From Macrostomum lignano (taxonomy: Eukaryota), in NCBI GenBank assembly GCA_002269645.1, contig NIVC01002831.1, forward strand, positions 22,350 through 86,349: DNA of 64,000 nucleotides. Reading direction: 5' to 3'. How positions within the stretch are numbered: the first letter of the stretch is position 1; the number at the start of each line of letters is the position of its first letter. This document shows positions 23,181 through 34,462 of this stretch, in pieces. Under the pieces are notes generated by a model that was not told where the DNA came from, did not search any database, and saw nothing but the letters and a program-made list of their open reading frames with translations. Made by a program: the position numbers and the translations under genes.

Positions 23181-24133
23181 TCGCCAACCTTACTCGATCT
23201 TATGTAAACTTAAGCTCATAAGGTGACGTACCAAATTGTCCCCTTTGCTTGTTCTCTCCTATCCCAGGTCCAATTTTTGTATTTTTTGCCAAATCCAGCT
23301 TTCTGGTGTCACGTGAGCAGAATGACACGTAATAATGATTTATGTAGATAGATAGGTTTTAACTTTTTCGGGGTCAGCTTTATGATCTTAAGTTGACAGG
23401 CCCTTAAGTTACCTGCTGGAATTGTTTGGCATATAAAAATTTCCTCTGGACAGGAATTTTGGCCGGAGGGACCCTGTTAAAATTGGAAGCTCAAAAATCG
23501 GTTTCGAATTTTCGGTCTTGTCTGGGACGATCAGATATGAGGACGCATAAGCCTACACGCATGCATAACTGCCAGAATGTATAATTTAAGCAGAAAGACG
23601 ATTTTAGGAATGCAAGTTAGAATTTTATAACTTTTCCTTTATAAGTAGTCGAATTTTTGTTTAAAACGTTTATAGTTTAAAAGTATTTTAACCTGCTGCT
23701 GCTGGGTGCCTGTCGTACTTGCTGCGTTATAAATATTGCCTTCTACTCTTGAATTATTTTTAAATGCACTGAAATATATTGGCCAAACAGGCTTCTTGCT
23801 TGAGCCAAACTTTCTACTATTACTACATTATTCGTACACCACATTTTCTTATTGCTTGTTCTGGTTCTAGAACCAGATCCAATTTGTAAAGTAACTTTTG
23901 TCTCCTAAACTAGAGGGATATAGGGCCTACGTGCTATAAAGTTGTAATTATTGAATGCCAGAATGGCAATAGCCAAGAAGAAAGTCGAAAATTGTGCAAA
24001 TTGTGAGGCTCTTAAAGCAGTCAAACGTTCAACAAAGTTGAATAGGCCCTAGTTATACTGCTTTTTTCTTGTAAGATCCAAACTGATTCTGGTTCTGGAA
24101 TTAGGAATGTGAAAGTAGCCTATAGAACCTAGA

Positions 24134-24203
24134 CAGGGGCATAGCCAGGAATTTCCTATGGGGGATACACCCCCCTATCCCCCTTCCTATGCCTATGCCC
24201 CTG
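24134..24203. mobile_element. Mini MITE-like remnant with 11-bp inverted ends CAGGGGCATAG / CTATGCCCCTG
   Basis: Perfect 11-bp inverted repeat; no clear TSD. Confidence 0.5.
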
Positions 24204-25689
24204 AACTTAGGCCCTATGATTAGACTCCCTAATTAATCACTACTCACTAGGACTTGGCCTATGTCTATATAGTTGATAAACTTTATCAAATTCTTGAATC
24301 ATTTTGCCATTTGGCAAATTTGAGGCTAGAATGAACTAAGATCTAAAATGATCTGAAATCTAAGGCTAGGCAGGCCCCTAACTACTAATTAAAAAAAGTT
24401 TGACTAAGCCGATGCCTCCTATCCTAGGCCTAGGGTATTATCAAAGTAGGCCTAAAGATAGACCATATAGGCCCTTGTCCACTTTGGTTTAAGCCAATTT
24501 TTAAGTCAAAAATGGCAATTAAGGCATAGGCCTATTGGTATTACTACAAAAGCCTAAAAATAGGGGCCTAATGTTTAATATGCTTATCTAGGTTTCATCT
24601 TTATGCCAGAGACAATTTGCCAAATTTTACCTTACGTATACCTAATTTAAAAGTGTAATTTTAAGGCTTAGGCCATAGTCTGGATTATGCTAGGTGCATA
24701 TGTATGCCTAAACAGAAGTTGAATAACTTCAAATGCATGCCAAAAAATTAAGTGCATACCTATTCTTAAAGCTACACTGATATTGTGACAATGTCAATAA
24801 ATGACCTTTTTATATGCTTTATTACTTTAAATGCTTTATTACAAGCTTTAAAAAACCTAGAAAGCTTGAAATTTATATTTAAAATGAACTTTTGAATATT
24901 TTTTGTACTTTACAATAACTCTCTTGCATGATTTTATAAAGTATATACTAGGTGTGCACAGACATTTTTAAGAGTGATATATACCAATTGTGCATGCCTA
25001 TTTTTGACATCCAAGTCCAATGCATGCTTAAATTTTTAGGCATATATTACATGATCTAGAGTAAGTTTCTGCAACTTTAAGTTGAAAATGCTTCAAAGGT
25101 CCCAAAGTTAAGTAATTTTACTTATTAACACTTTTTAATAATATGTTATTGAAAAAAATAGACAATTGTCAAAATAAACAATATTACATAAAATTTTGCA
25201 TTCTTGTTTTTTAATTGACTTTCTTTTTTAAAGTTATATTTCTTTTACATTAGCATAATATTGTTTTGGTTTTTTGATTTTTTCATATTCGGAAGCACAT
25301 TTGGAAATTTGGAAAATAAAATTTAAGAAATCTGAAACATTTGGATTTCTAAAAAGTGAGACTTTTTGGATTTGGATTCAAATCCAAATATTTGGATCCA
25401 TCACTAATCCACTTCTTCAATTTCAAGGTTTAATTAAAAAATTTAAAGTGCACATGCCTACTTTAGAATAGAAAAAAAACTCAAGTACAAATCCCATAAT
25501 ACCACTACTGCTAGAGCAATTGTTGTAATATTCCTTGGTCTTAGTAGATTTGACCAAACCTCATATACTATGCAAGGCAAAAAATCTTATATGTACTATG
25601 CATATTCAAGACTATGGTAAATACCCAGGGTATGCCTATATACCAGAAAATTGGAACATTCAAAGGGATCTAGCCAAACTTAAATCTAG

Positions 25690-26445
25690 AAGAAGAATAA
25701 TAGAAGAAAGTAGATTTCAAAAAGGAAAAAAGAAAAAAATTGGAGAGAAAAAAGTAGACAAAAAGATAAAAGACCAGAGACAACAGAGAAAAAAGGAAAG
25801 ATAAGAGATTACAGATTAGAGAAAGGAGAGGGTGAGAGAAAAAAGAGAATAGGAATAGGAAGAATAAGGAAAGAGCAAATTAGTCTTGAAAGACCTAAGG
25901 GACATAGAGAAAGGCAGAGCCAGAAGCCAAAGTTTGCCAATCTTATGCTTTAAACAAACATTTCCTAATATTCTGCATGCTAAACTAATCAGATCAATGC
26001 TTGTCTCAAATCTTTACATTTAACATAAATTTATTCTAATTTGTATTAAAGAGATAGAGACAAGAGAAGAAATGAGAAGTTAAAAGGAAAGAGAAAAGTG
26101 AGGAGAGAAGAAAATGGAGATAAAAGAGGATAGAGAAAAGAATAGCAGATAATAGATAAGAGAGTAAAGATAAAAGAAAAGAGAGTGTGGAAAGAGACAA
26201 GAGAGAGGAAAAAAAGAGGAAAATGAGAAAAGAGAGAGATAAAAGAGTAGTGTGGTAAAAGAGAAAAGAGGACAGAGGAGAGTAAAAAGATCAGTTAAGT
26301 AAAGAGTAAAGAGCAGTTATGAAAAAGCAGAGAGGAGTGAGATGAGAAAAGATAAAGAGTAGAGGAAAGAAGAAAAAGGAGAAAAGAGATAACAAAGGAA
26401 AAAAGCAGAGCTAGAAAAGCAAAGAGGAGACAGGAAAGTCTCAGT
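25690..26445. repeat. Purine-rich (GA) low-complexity tract
   Basis: Mostly A/G on the + strand, interrupted by a short AT-rich segment. Confidence 0.85.
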
Positions 26446-26732
26446 TTGTTATGGAGCATGGCAAAAAAATTGCAAATAGGGCAAATAAGATATTGTATTT
26501 GCTATTTGGGAAGTTTTATAGAAGATTTGGAAATGATTTAAAAGATGGGATTTAGGTCATGAGATTTAGCTGATAGATTTGATTGAATAGAATTCTAGCA
26601 ATAAGAGTTCTATCTCTTTTTTTCTCTAGCAAACTAGTTGACCCCTTATTTTTATAAAGTCATTTTGGTCCCTATAGGAAAAAGTTGTAAAATTGTAGAT
26701 GGCAGCTGGCACACTTTTGAAATTTTTCTAAA

Positions 26733-27224
26733 TGTAAAATAAGTTTCTTGAAGTCAAAGAATTCAAAGAATCGCCTTATTTTCGTTGTGATGACAGATGA
26801 ATGAACGAATGCCGAATGCGTTCTTGGCTTGTGGATGCAATGCGCCTTAATTCATTTCATTTATATATTTGTATTCGTATCTGAACAATCTATGTATAGT
26901 CAAGGTAATTAAGAATTTTCTAAATAATGTCTCTATCTATTATTGAATTAAAACTGGATCGCCTGGAACTCTGGAACGGCTATGCAACCCTACAACTACA
27001 ACTACTACGGCGCGCAGGAGAACTAAAACCAAAACACAGCGCATTCGCGTTTGAAATACGATAGGAATTAGCATACAGTAAAACAATAGTAGTAAAGTAC
27101 GTACAGTAAGAATCGCGGAAATAGAAACTCACTACTGAATAAATACTAACTAAATAATATTCAAGAATGCCGGACACATCATAAAAAGTGCGGAGATTTA
27201 ATTGATACATAAAAATACTTTACA
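26733..27224 (-). repeat. 3' LTR of the Gypsy element
   Basis: TGTAAAATAAG...TACTTTACA, matches 33971-34462. Confidence 0.97.
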
Positions 27225-27238
27225 TTACCCCCCTCCAG
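27225..27238 (-). other. Polypurine tract
   Basis: Minus strand reads CTGGAGGGGGGTAA immediately before the 3' LTR. Confidence 0.85.
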
Positions 27239-28592
27239 AAAAACAATGCCCTCATTGTTACCGTTAAGAAAACTCTATACATACTACTTCAAAAATCTGC
27301 GTCAGTAGAACATTGAAAATTTCGATGTGCTTTGTCGCTAATACTCGTACGGTATGAAAGTGGGTACAGAAAAACAGTGATAATTTTACATTAAAAGTTG
27401 AGGAGACATGCATACCGAGTGTACCCTGAAGGAAGAAAAAAAATTCCTAGAGACGCAAGGTCGTCATGCTTGCAATACTAATACAGTTATAATCTTACTG
27501 ACAGAGCCACCAGCACGACCGCATGGAAAGCAGAGGTACATTGGACACGGCGCGAGCGTTGATTCTGAACATCGATTTGCACAACAAGAATGCCGGCAAA
27601 AAGAGCAGGAAAAACTTTAAACCACTTCAAAAAATGTATTAAAGCTGATGATTATGCATGATAGCACAACAAACCGAAACTGTCACGAGAACATCAATTC
27701 GAACGTATGCAACAGAACGCCGAAACGAATGCACAGACGACAAAATTCTAATACTGACAGATGAAATGTTTAAGAGAAGCAAATTATTACGGTACTTGTC
27801 AACGAGTTAAATTATGCCTAAATTACGAACAATGAAATGATGAATGTTTTGAACGAAATAACAGTTTCAGACCATTACAGTTGCAGAAAGACGTGAACGA
27901 TCGAAAATTACAGTACACCTCCGCGACAACAATTCGATAGCGAAAGCATATGCAACAGATATTTTTTTAATGTTTTGTCACAATATTGGGGAAAATTAAA
28001 ATGCAATAACAAAATAATATTTCTGTATTTTTTTTGAAAAAAATATGAACAACTAAAAGTTCGACGGATAAAACGATTTCACAAATGCGCGAAGCAAAAA
28101 TTCAAGCAATCGAGCACCCTGCAATTGAACAATAGGAACAGTGTAATAACACGCAAAATTTACTATTTACCAAATACGAAAATTGCGTTATTAGGAAACA
28201 ACCAGTCAGTATTTGAATCAAGTTGCGAATCTAATAGTGTTTAGCATGGCTTTATTAATATCAGTGTTAAAATGCTCGCAGTCTGTCTCCAGCACAATTA
28301 TTGCACGGTAGTTAAGTGTAGTAGTCCATCAGTCCCTTAGGTAGTTATCCGTCAGTCCATCAAGTAGTAATTAGTCAGTCCAGTTACCAGTAGTCGATCA
28401 GACAGTAATTAGTAAGTCCAGTTACCAGTAGTCCATCATAATCAGATGATAGTTCTAGTTAGTCCAACGGATCAAATCCAATAGTTATTAGTAGATTAAC
28501 CATGATTAGTTCCAGGAATTCACCATGAAGTGGCCACAAAGTAGTGATTGGTGCAATTACGCGCGAGATCTGTTTCTTAATGACAGTCGGTT

Positions 28593-31500
28593 CTACACAA
28601 TGACCCATTCCTCTTCGACGCTTTCTTCTGGTTCTTGTTCTCTTTCGTCAGCCTCTTCGTCTTGCCACAACCCTTCTTGTCTACGCGGCTCAATGTAGCG
28701 TTTCATCTTCTCTACATTTACAATCTTTACTTTCTGATGTTCATCAATCGACTTCACTTCATAGGTCAGGCTGGTCAACTTCCGGGTGACACGGAAAGGT
28801 CCAGTCCATGGAGCGTGGTGTTTGACAGACCAGCGAGGTTCACGCTGCCGTAGGACAGATGGTGGGATAAAAATCCAGACCAATGATCCAACCTTGAACC
28901 CTTTTTTCTTGGACTTTCTATCATAATATCTCTTCTGGCGGCGCTGTGCTAAATCAACAGACTCTCTCACAGCTTCAAATGCTTTCAGTAGAGACTCTTT
29001 CGTGGAGCTGGCGAAAGTTACAGCAGTGCTGGCCGGCTCAGCCAGTCGATATACAATATCAAGAGGAAGCGTAACTTCTCGCCCAGTCATCAGGAAATGA
29101 GGCGTAAAGCCGGTGCTGCTGTGGACGGTGCTTCGATAGGCCAGAAGGCAATGAGGAATAACATCTTGCCAGTCTTCGGGTTCCACCGTTTGCAGGTAGC
29201 ATCGTAGCACGCTGTGCAATGTTCTATGGAATCTTTCTACAAGACCGTCACACTGAGGATGAAAATAGGTAGTGCGAGTTTTTTGAATGTCAAATATTTT
29301 GCAGAGACTCTTGATGACTTTGCCGTCCACGTTGCTACCCCGATCGGAGTGAATGATATGCGGTGCTCCCCATCTCGATATCCACACGTCGAATATTGCC
29401 TTCGCAACGGTGTTCGCTCGTTCGTCAGGAATTGGTATTAATTCGGCCCACTTAGTGAAGTAGTCGACTATCGTAAGCAATCGATTATTGCCTTGCCTCG
29501 AGGTAGCCACTTTTACTATGTCGATTCCAATGCGATGCATAGGAAATCCTGTAGCTATCGGCTGCAGAGGGCCTCGAGTGATTGATGTTGGCCTAGATCT
29601 TTGACACGGAATGCATGACCTGACAAATAGTTCAACATCCAGGGCTAATTTTGGCCAGTAGGCACGCTTCTTGACAGATGTTCTTGTCTTTTCGACACTA
29701 AAGTGACCTAACTCATGAATTTCTTTAATGAAGCTTTCTCGTTTACACTGCGGCAGTACTAGAACAGGCTTAGTCTTGAATAAATAATGCATTACACCGT
29801 TAATGAAGCACAATTCGTCGGCTTTGGACATAAGGCTCAAACTTTCTGGTGACATTCTATCTCGTTCTCCAGTTTCAAACGCTGTTTTTCCATTGGCTAG
29901 CTTCCGAAATACTGGTCCAATTCCTGGATCCTGTAACTGCAGTGCACGCATACTCGGCTCCTCTTCAGTCTCACTCTGCTCAGCTTCGTCTATTAACTCA
30001 CTTTCGTCCTCGCTTTCGGATTTCCTTGGAACCAGCGTTTGTTTCCTTCTAGACAAAACAGCTGCGACAGTCTGATCTTCGTCAGTTTGACATTCTGCAT
30101 CTGAAATTGCTTTGCTAGGTCGACAAGATTCGCACGGTCTTGTACACCTGCGTGATAAAGCGTCTGCGTTGGAATGCAGTTTACCTGGCCGGTAGAGTAT
30201 CTCGAAGTTAAACTCCTGAAGAGATTCGATCCATCGAGCTAATTGGCCATTAGGTTCTTTGAACTGTAGTAAGTAGGTCAACGCCTGGTGATCTACCCTG
30301 ATTGTAAACTTCTTTGGCGCTAGATATGACCTAAACTTTTTAACAAACTCGACTACTGCTAGTAGTTCTCGGCGAGTCACGCAGTAATTCTTTTCGGCGG
30401 TGCTGAGCACTCGACTTCCATAGGCAATCACTTTTTCTTCGCCATTCTGTTGCTGTGATAAAACGCATCCTATGGCAAAGTCGCTAGCATCAGTATCTAG
30501 AACAAATTCGGAGTCTTCGCCTGTCATTATTGGCAATGCTAAGATAGGTGCCGATGTTAAGGCGGACTTAAGGCGAATGAAACTTTGCTCTGCCTCGTCG
30601 GTCCAGGTAAATTTCTTATCAGTTGTCAGCACTCTTAAGGGCTCGGAAATCTTTGAATAGTCTTTAATGAATCGTCTGTAATATGATGACAGGCCTAGAA
30701 AACTTCTAACATCTTTCTGATTCGTTGGTGTTGGCCATCTCTTAATAGAATCAATCTTCTCATCGTCTACTGCTATTCCTTGAGGCGTTATCACATGACC
30801 TAAGATCTTAAGCGACTTGGCAGCAAAATTGCACTTACTAGGTTTAAGGCGAAGATTTGCTGCTCTTAATCGTTCAAAAACTTGTTTGAGTCTCTCGTTG
30901 TGAATATCTAACGTTTTACCCATAACAATAACATCATCGATGTAAGCTAAGCATGCTTCCCAATTTAAGCCTTGAAGGACCATCTGAATGAGTCTTTGAA
31001 AAGTTGATGGTGCATTGCGTAAGCCAAAGGGCATAACATTAAATTCAAAGAGTCCATGGTGACAGACAAATGCGGTTTTCTCGCGATCTTTTTCTTCCAT
31101 TTCTACTTGCCAGTAGCCTGCTTGCAAGTCTAATGCAGAAAAGTAAACGTTATTTGCTAAAGCATCTAGCATGTCGTCGATTCTTGGCACAGGGAATGCA
31201 TCAGGTTTAGTTGCAGCATTCAGTTTTCTGAAATCAATGCAAAAACGAGAGCTTCCGTCCTTCTTTTTCACCAGAATGACAGGTGCAGCCCACGGTGATG
31301 TTGACGGCTGAATGACTTTATCATCAAGCATTTGTTGAATCAACTTCTGCTCCTTGATGGTTGGCAGTGCTGCTCTCCTTAATGTCTCTCTGACAGGCAT
31401 TGCTGTGCCAGTATTTATCGAGTGTTTCAGTAAAGCAGTTCGACCAAGCTTGCCATCTCTTGAAAATATGTCGCTGTACTCATCTAGGATGTCACTAACA

Positions 31501-32432
31501 GATTTCCTTTCAGCTTCTGTGAGATCTGGAGAAATTTTGAATGTTTTCTCTGCATCTTCAGTCTCTTCTTTGCTACCAGACTCGGATTTATCTGCTACTT
31601 CTTCGACGACAATGCAGGTCTCTCCTCTGCAATCTAGAGGGGTGAAGGAACCAACTAACGAACCTTTCTTGATGGTCAGGTCTCTGTTCGAGTTCGAGTT
31701 GATAATATTGATGTACATGCCTTCATTCTTTATTAAATCAACAGTTCTAGCAGCCAAGAGTCCTGGGATTCTTTTGTTCGACTGGACTAGTCCTGGTGCC
31801 ATTGACTGAGTTGACATCTTTGGTGCAATGGAAATAGTTGCTGCTTGTCCTGGTTTTAGCTGGACAGTTTCAGTTGCGATGATCTTGCAGCTTCTCTGAA
31901 CTTCTGTTGTTTTTCTAGTTGGGAAACTTCTGTTCTGATTATTAAATGTGATCATGCCTTCTGCTGGATGGATAGATACATTGAAATTAGTAAAGAAATC
32001 ACATCCTAGGATGACTGAATGCTGAATGTCTTTGCAGATGATGACTTCTTGCTGACAGACAATATCTCCAAAATTAAATTTGATTGTCATTTCTCCTAAT
32101 ACAGAAAGCTGTTTACCATTTGCAGCTTGTAATTTGACATTAGAAGCTCTTACTAGGTACTTTGACTTGTTAATTAAACTTGAATTTATGATTGTAGCTG
32201 AAGCACCGGTATCTATTAGACATGGAATATTTTTGCCAAAGAATTTAGTAGAAACGTACATAACATTAGTTGACATACAGTTTACATTTACAGTTACTGG
32301 TTCTGGCACTTGGTCTTTCTCCTCAGAATTTGGGCCACTCAATGATGAGGCTGGGGTCTGGCCCCTGATCCAGCCTGTGTCAAGTTTGGGCACACTCTTT
32401 GAACATGTCCAGGTTGACCACATCTGAAGCAA
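28593..32432 (-). CDS. Gypsy pol polyprotein (protease, RT, RNase H, integrase)
   Basis: LIDTGAS protease; YIDD RT; DTDAS...RELLA RNase H; H-H-C-C zinc finger, D-D35-E core and GPF motif of integrase. No stops over 1279 codons. The ORF-track start is a TTG, so expression is probably by frameshift from gag. Confidence 0.97.
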   Translation of the reverse strand: MLQMWSTWTCSKSVPKLDTGWIRGQTPASSLSGPNSEEKDQVPEPVTVNVNCMSTNVMYVSTKFFGKNIPCLIDTGASATIINSSLINKSKYLVRASNVKLQAANGKQLSVLGEMTIKFNFGDIVCQQEVIICKDIQHSVILGCDFFTNFNVSIHPAEGMITFNNQNRSFPTRKTTEVQRSCKIIATETVQLKPGQAATISIAPKMSTQSMAPGLVQSNKRIPGLLAARTVDLIKNEGMYINIINSNSNRDLTIKKGSLVGSFTPLDCRGETCIVVEEVADKSESGSKEETEDAEKTFKISPDLTEAERKSVSDILDEYSDIFSRDGKLGRTALLKHSINTGTAMPVRETLRRAALPTIKEQKLIQQMLDDKVIQPSTSPWAAPVILVKKKDGSSRFCIDFRKLNAATKPDAFPVPRIDDMLDALANNVYFSALDLQAGYWQVEMEEKDREKTAFVCHHGLFEFNVMPFGLRNAPSTFQRLIQMVLQGLNWEACLAYIDDVIVMGKTLDIHNERLKQVFERLRAANLRLKPSKCNFAAKSLKILGHVITPQGIAVDDEKIDSIKRWPTPTNQKDVRSFLGLSSYYRRFIKDYSKISEPLRVLTTDKKFTWTDEAEQSFIRLKSALTSAPILALPIMTGEDSEFVLDTDASDFAIGCVLSQQQNGEEKVIAYGSRVLSTAEKNYCVTRRELLAVVEFVKKFRSYLAPKKFTIRVDHQALTYLLQFKEPNGQLARWIESLQEFNFEILYRPGKLHSNADALSRRCTRPCESCRPSKAISDAECQTDEDQTVAAVLSRRKQTLVPRKSESEDESELIDEAEQSETEEEPSMRALQLQDPGIGPVFRKLANGKTAFETGERDRMSPESLSLMSKADELCFINGVMHYLFKTKPVLVLPQCKRESFIKEIHELGHFSVEKTRTSVKKRAYWPKLALDVELFVRSCIPCQRSRPTSITRGPLQPIATGFPMHRIGIDIVKVATSRQGNNRLLTIVDYFTKWAELIPIPDERANTVAKAIFDVWISRWGAPHIIHSDRGSNVDGKVIKSLCKIFDIQKTRTTYFHPQCDGLVERFHRTLHSVLRCYLQTVEPEDWQDVIPHCLLAYRSTVHSSTGFTPHFLMTGREVTLPLDIVYRLAEPASTAVTFASSTKESLLKAFEAVRESVDLAQRRQKRYYDRKSKKKGFKVGSLVWIFIPPSVLRQREPRWSVKHHAPWTGPFRVTRKLTSLTYEVKSIDEHQKVKIVNVEKMKRYIEPRRQEGLWQDEEADEREQEPEESVEEEWVIV

Positions 32433-33571
32433 GTGATCTGTTGATACCTTGTTGCTTGCTGATTAGGATATTTCTGTTGTAGCTTAAAGTTGTTACTTGA
32501 CGGCTGATTTGACTTTGGTTGGTTCTGCATAAATTTCTGCTGCTGGTAATACTTTGGTTCTGGCTGGTTACCTTTTGGTGGTAATGATTGCTTATTTTGA
32601 TGGCTTTCAGGCTGTACTAAGGAGACTTGCTGACTACTCACTGGTGCTTTTGCCAAGAGTTGCTGTGTCTCACGGACTTGTTGTGCAATCTGCAAGGCCT
32701 GTTCTGCTGTATCCAAGTTGGTGAGATTTGATAGATGCTCCATGACCTTGAGGTCATTGATGCCAGTTATGAACTGATCTAAGATCATGGTTTGCACAAC
32801 TTCAGTAGCAATTGCATCTGGGTAGGCCTGGATAGCCAGGTTTTGTAAAGCAGTAAGAAATTGCTCAAATGTCTCTGTTGGTTTCCTAGATAGATTTCTA
32901 AGTTCACGGCGTAGAACAACATTGCTTTTCTCACCATGGCGGCCTCGGAGAAATTCTGTGCATTCCAAGAAAGTGACATTTGGAATATTTTCTAATGGAG
33001 TGTTGACAGGCACACCATGCGTTACATAAATAGTTGAGAGCCACGAGCGATAAGTACAAAATGCTGATCCTAAGAATGCTGATAAAGTTTGAATTTTAAT
33101 TGCTTCAGTTAAATTTGAAAACCTACTGATGTAGCTTTCAATCCGGCATAGGAAATCCGCAAAATTTTCTTTTCCATTAAATGGCATTGGCTTTGGAATT
33201 GGCGGCAATTGAATTTGCATAGCTTGGTACTTAGATTCAATAGGTTGCAAAAGATGACTAGCAACTGGTAAAGAGTTAATTGGATATTGATTAGGCCTTG
33301 AATAGTCTACCGGATTTGTAACAGAAATTGAATCACATTCTTGGTTTGTTTGAGTTACTATTTTAGGAGCTTCAACCTTGGATTTAATTGGCTGAGCACT
33401 GTTATTAGCACTTTTAGATGGACACAAGTGTTCAGTAGCAACTGATGATAATGGCACTTGCTGACTATTTGCCTTGTTTTTAGTAGTAGACCTTGTCTTT
33501 GGTTTGCTAGTATTTGAAGCACTTTTTGTCTTTGTTAATTTGCCTGTAGGCACTACTTTCTTTGGTGGCAT
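32339..33571 (-). CDS. Gypsy gag
   Basis: 410 aa with a capsid-like region (PFNGKENFADFL...LTALQNLAIQAYP...LDQFITG) and a CX2CX4HX4C knuckle (CFRCGQPGHVQRVC). Confidence 0.95.
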   Translation of the reverse strand: MPPKKVVPTGKLTKTKSASNTSKPKTRSTTKNKANSQQVPLSSVATEHLCPSKSANNSAQPIKSKVEAPKIVTQTNQECDSISVTNPVDYSRPNQYPINSLPVASHLLQPIESKYQAMQIQLPPIPKPMPFNGKENFADFLCRIESYISRFSNLTEAIKIQTLSAFLGSAFCTYRSWLSTIYVTHGVPVNTPLENIPNVTFLECTEFLRGRHGEKSNVVLRRELRNLSRKPTETFEQFLTALQNLAIQAYPDAIATEVVQTMILDQFITGINDLKVMEHLSNLTNLDTAEQALQIAQQVRETQQLLAKAPVSSQQVSLVQPESHQNKQSLPPKGNQPEPKYYQQQKFMQNQPKSNQPSSNNFKLQQKYPNQQATRYQQITCFRCGQPGHVQRVCPNLTQAGSGARPQPHH

Positions 33572-33951
33572 TTTGGCAGCAATTAATCAATTGATGATGA
33601 TGATACTGATAGGTCCTTATTGGTCTCAAGAAGTCTTTGAATAGTTAATAATATAATTCTTTGATGCTAATGCCAAAGGTCTTATTTGTTGACATTTAAT
33701 AATAATATGTTGATAGGACTAAATTTCAATGAGAACTAGTCAAACAAGATAATTAATTTATAATAGCAATTAGGTCCAAATGAATATCAGTTCTTCAATA
33801 AGCAGATTGATATTATTGAAAATAGCTGACCAAAAATATTGTCAATTGTCTTTATGATCCATTAGGCATAGACAGTAGGCAGTAGGCAGAGTAGAATAGG
33901 CAATAATGAATATAATTGACTTGGCCGTAAATGTGCAGATCCAGCGTTTCT

Positions 33952-33969
33952 GTCCTGGCGTGGTCGCCA
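33952..33969 (-). other. Primer-binding site, probably tRNA-Arg(UCG)
   Basis: Minus strand reads TGGCGACCACGCCAGGAC one nt after the 5' LTR. It is complementary to a tRNA 3' end ...CGUGGUCGCCA, as I recall for animal tRNA-Arg(UCG). Confidence 0.8.
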
Positions 33970-33970
33970 A

Positions 33971-34462
33971 TGTAAAATAAGTTTCTTGAAGTCAAAGAAT
34001 TCAAAGAATCGCCTTATTTTCGTTGTGATGACAGATGAATGAACGAATGCCGAATGCGTTCTTGGCTTGTGGATGCAATGCGCCTTAATTCATTTCATTT
34101 ATATATTTGTATTCGTATCTGAACAATCTATGTATAGTCAAGGTAATTAAGAATTTTCTAAATAATGTCTCTATCTATTATTGAATTAAAACTGGATCGC
34201 CTGGAACTCTGGAACGGCTATGCAACCCTACAACTACAACTACTACGGCGCGCAGGAGAACTAAAACCAAAACACAGCGCATTCGCGTTTGAAATACGAT
34301 AGGAATTAGCATACAGTAAAACAATAGTAGTAAAGTACGTACAGTAAGAATCGCGGAAATAGAAACTCACTACTGAATAAATACTAACTAAATAATATTC
34401 AAGAATGCCGGACACATCATAAAAAGTGCGGAGATTTAATTGATACATAAAAATACTTTACA
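33971..34462 (-). repeat. 5' LTR of the Gypsy element
   Basis: Matches 26733-27224. Confidence 0.97.

Larger units (their letters stand above)
26733..34462 (-). mobile_element. Intact Ty3/Gypsy LTR retrotransposon (7730 bp)
   Basis: Two 492-bp TG...CA LTRs that look identical by eye, 5-bp TSD CTAAA (26728-26732 and 34463-34467), PBS, PPT, and open gag and pol with domain order PR-RT-RH-INT. Confidence 0.98.
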
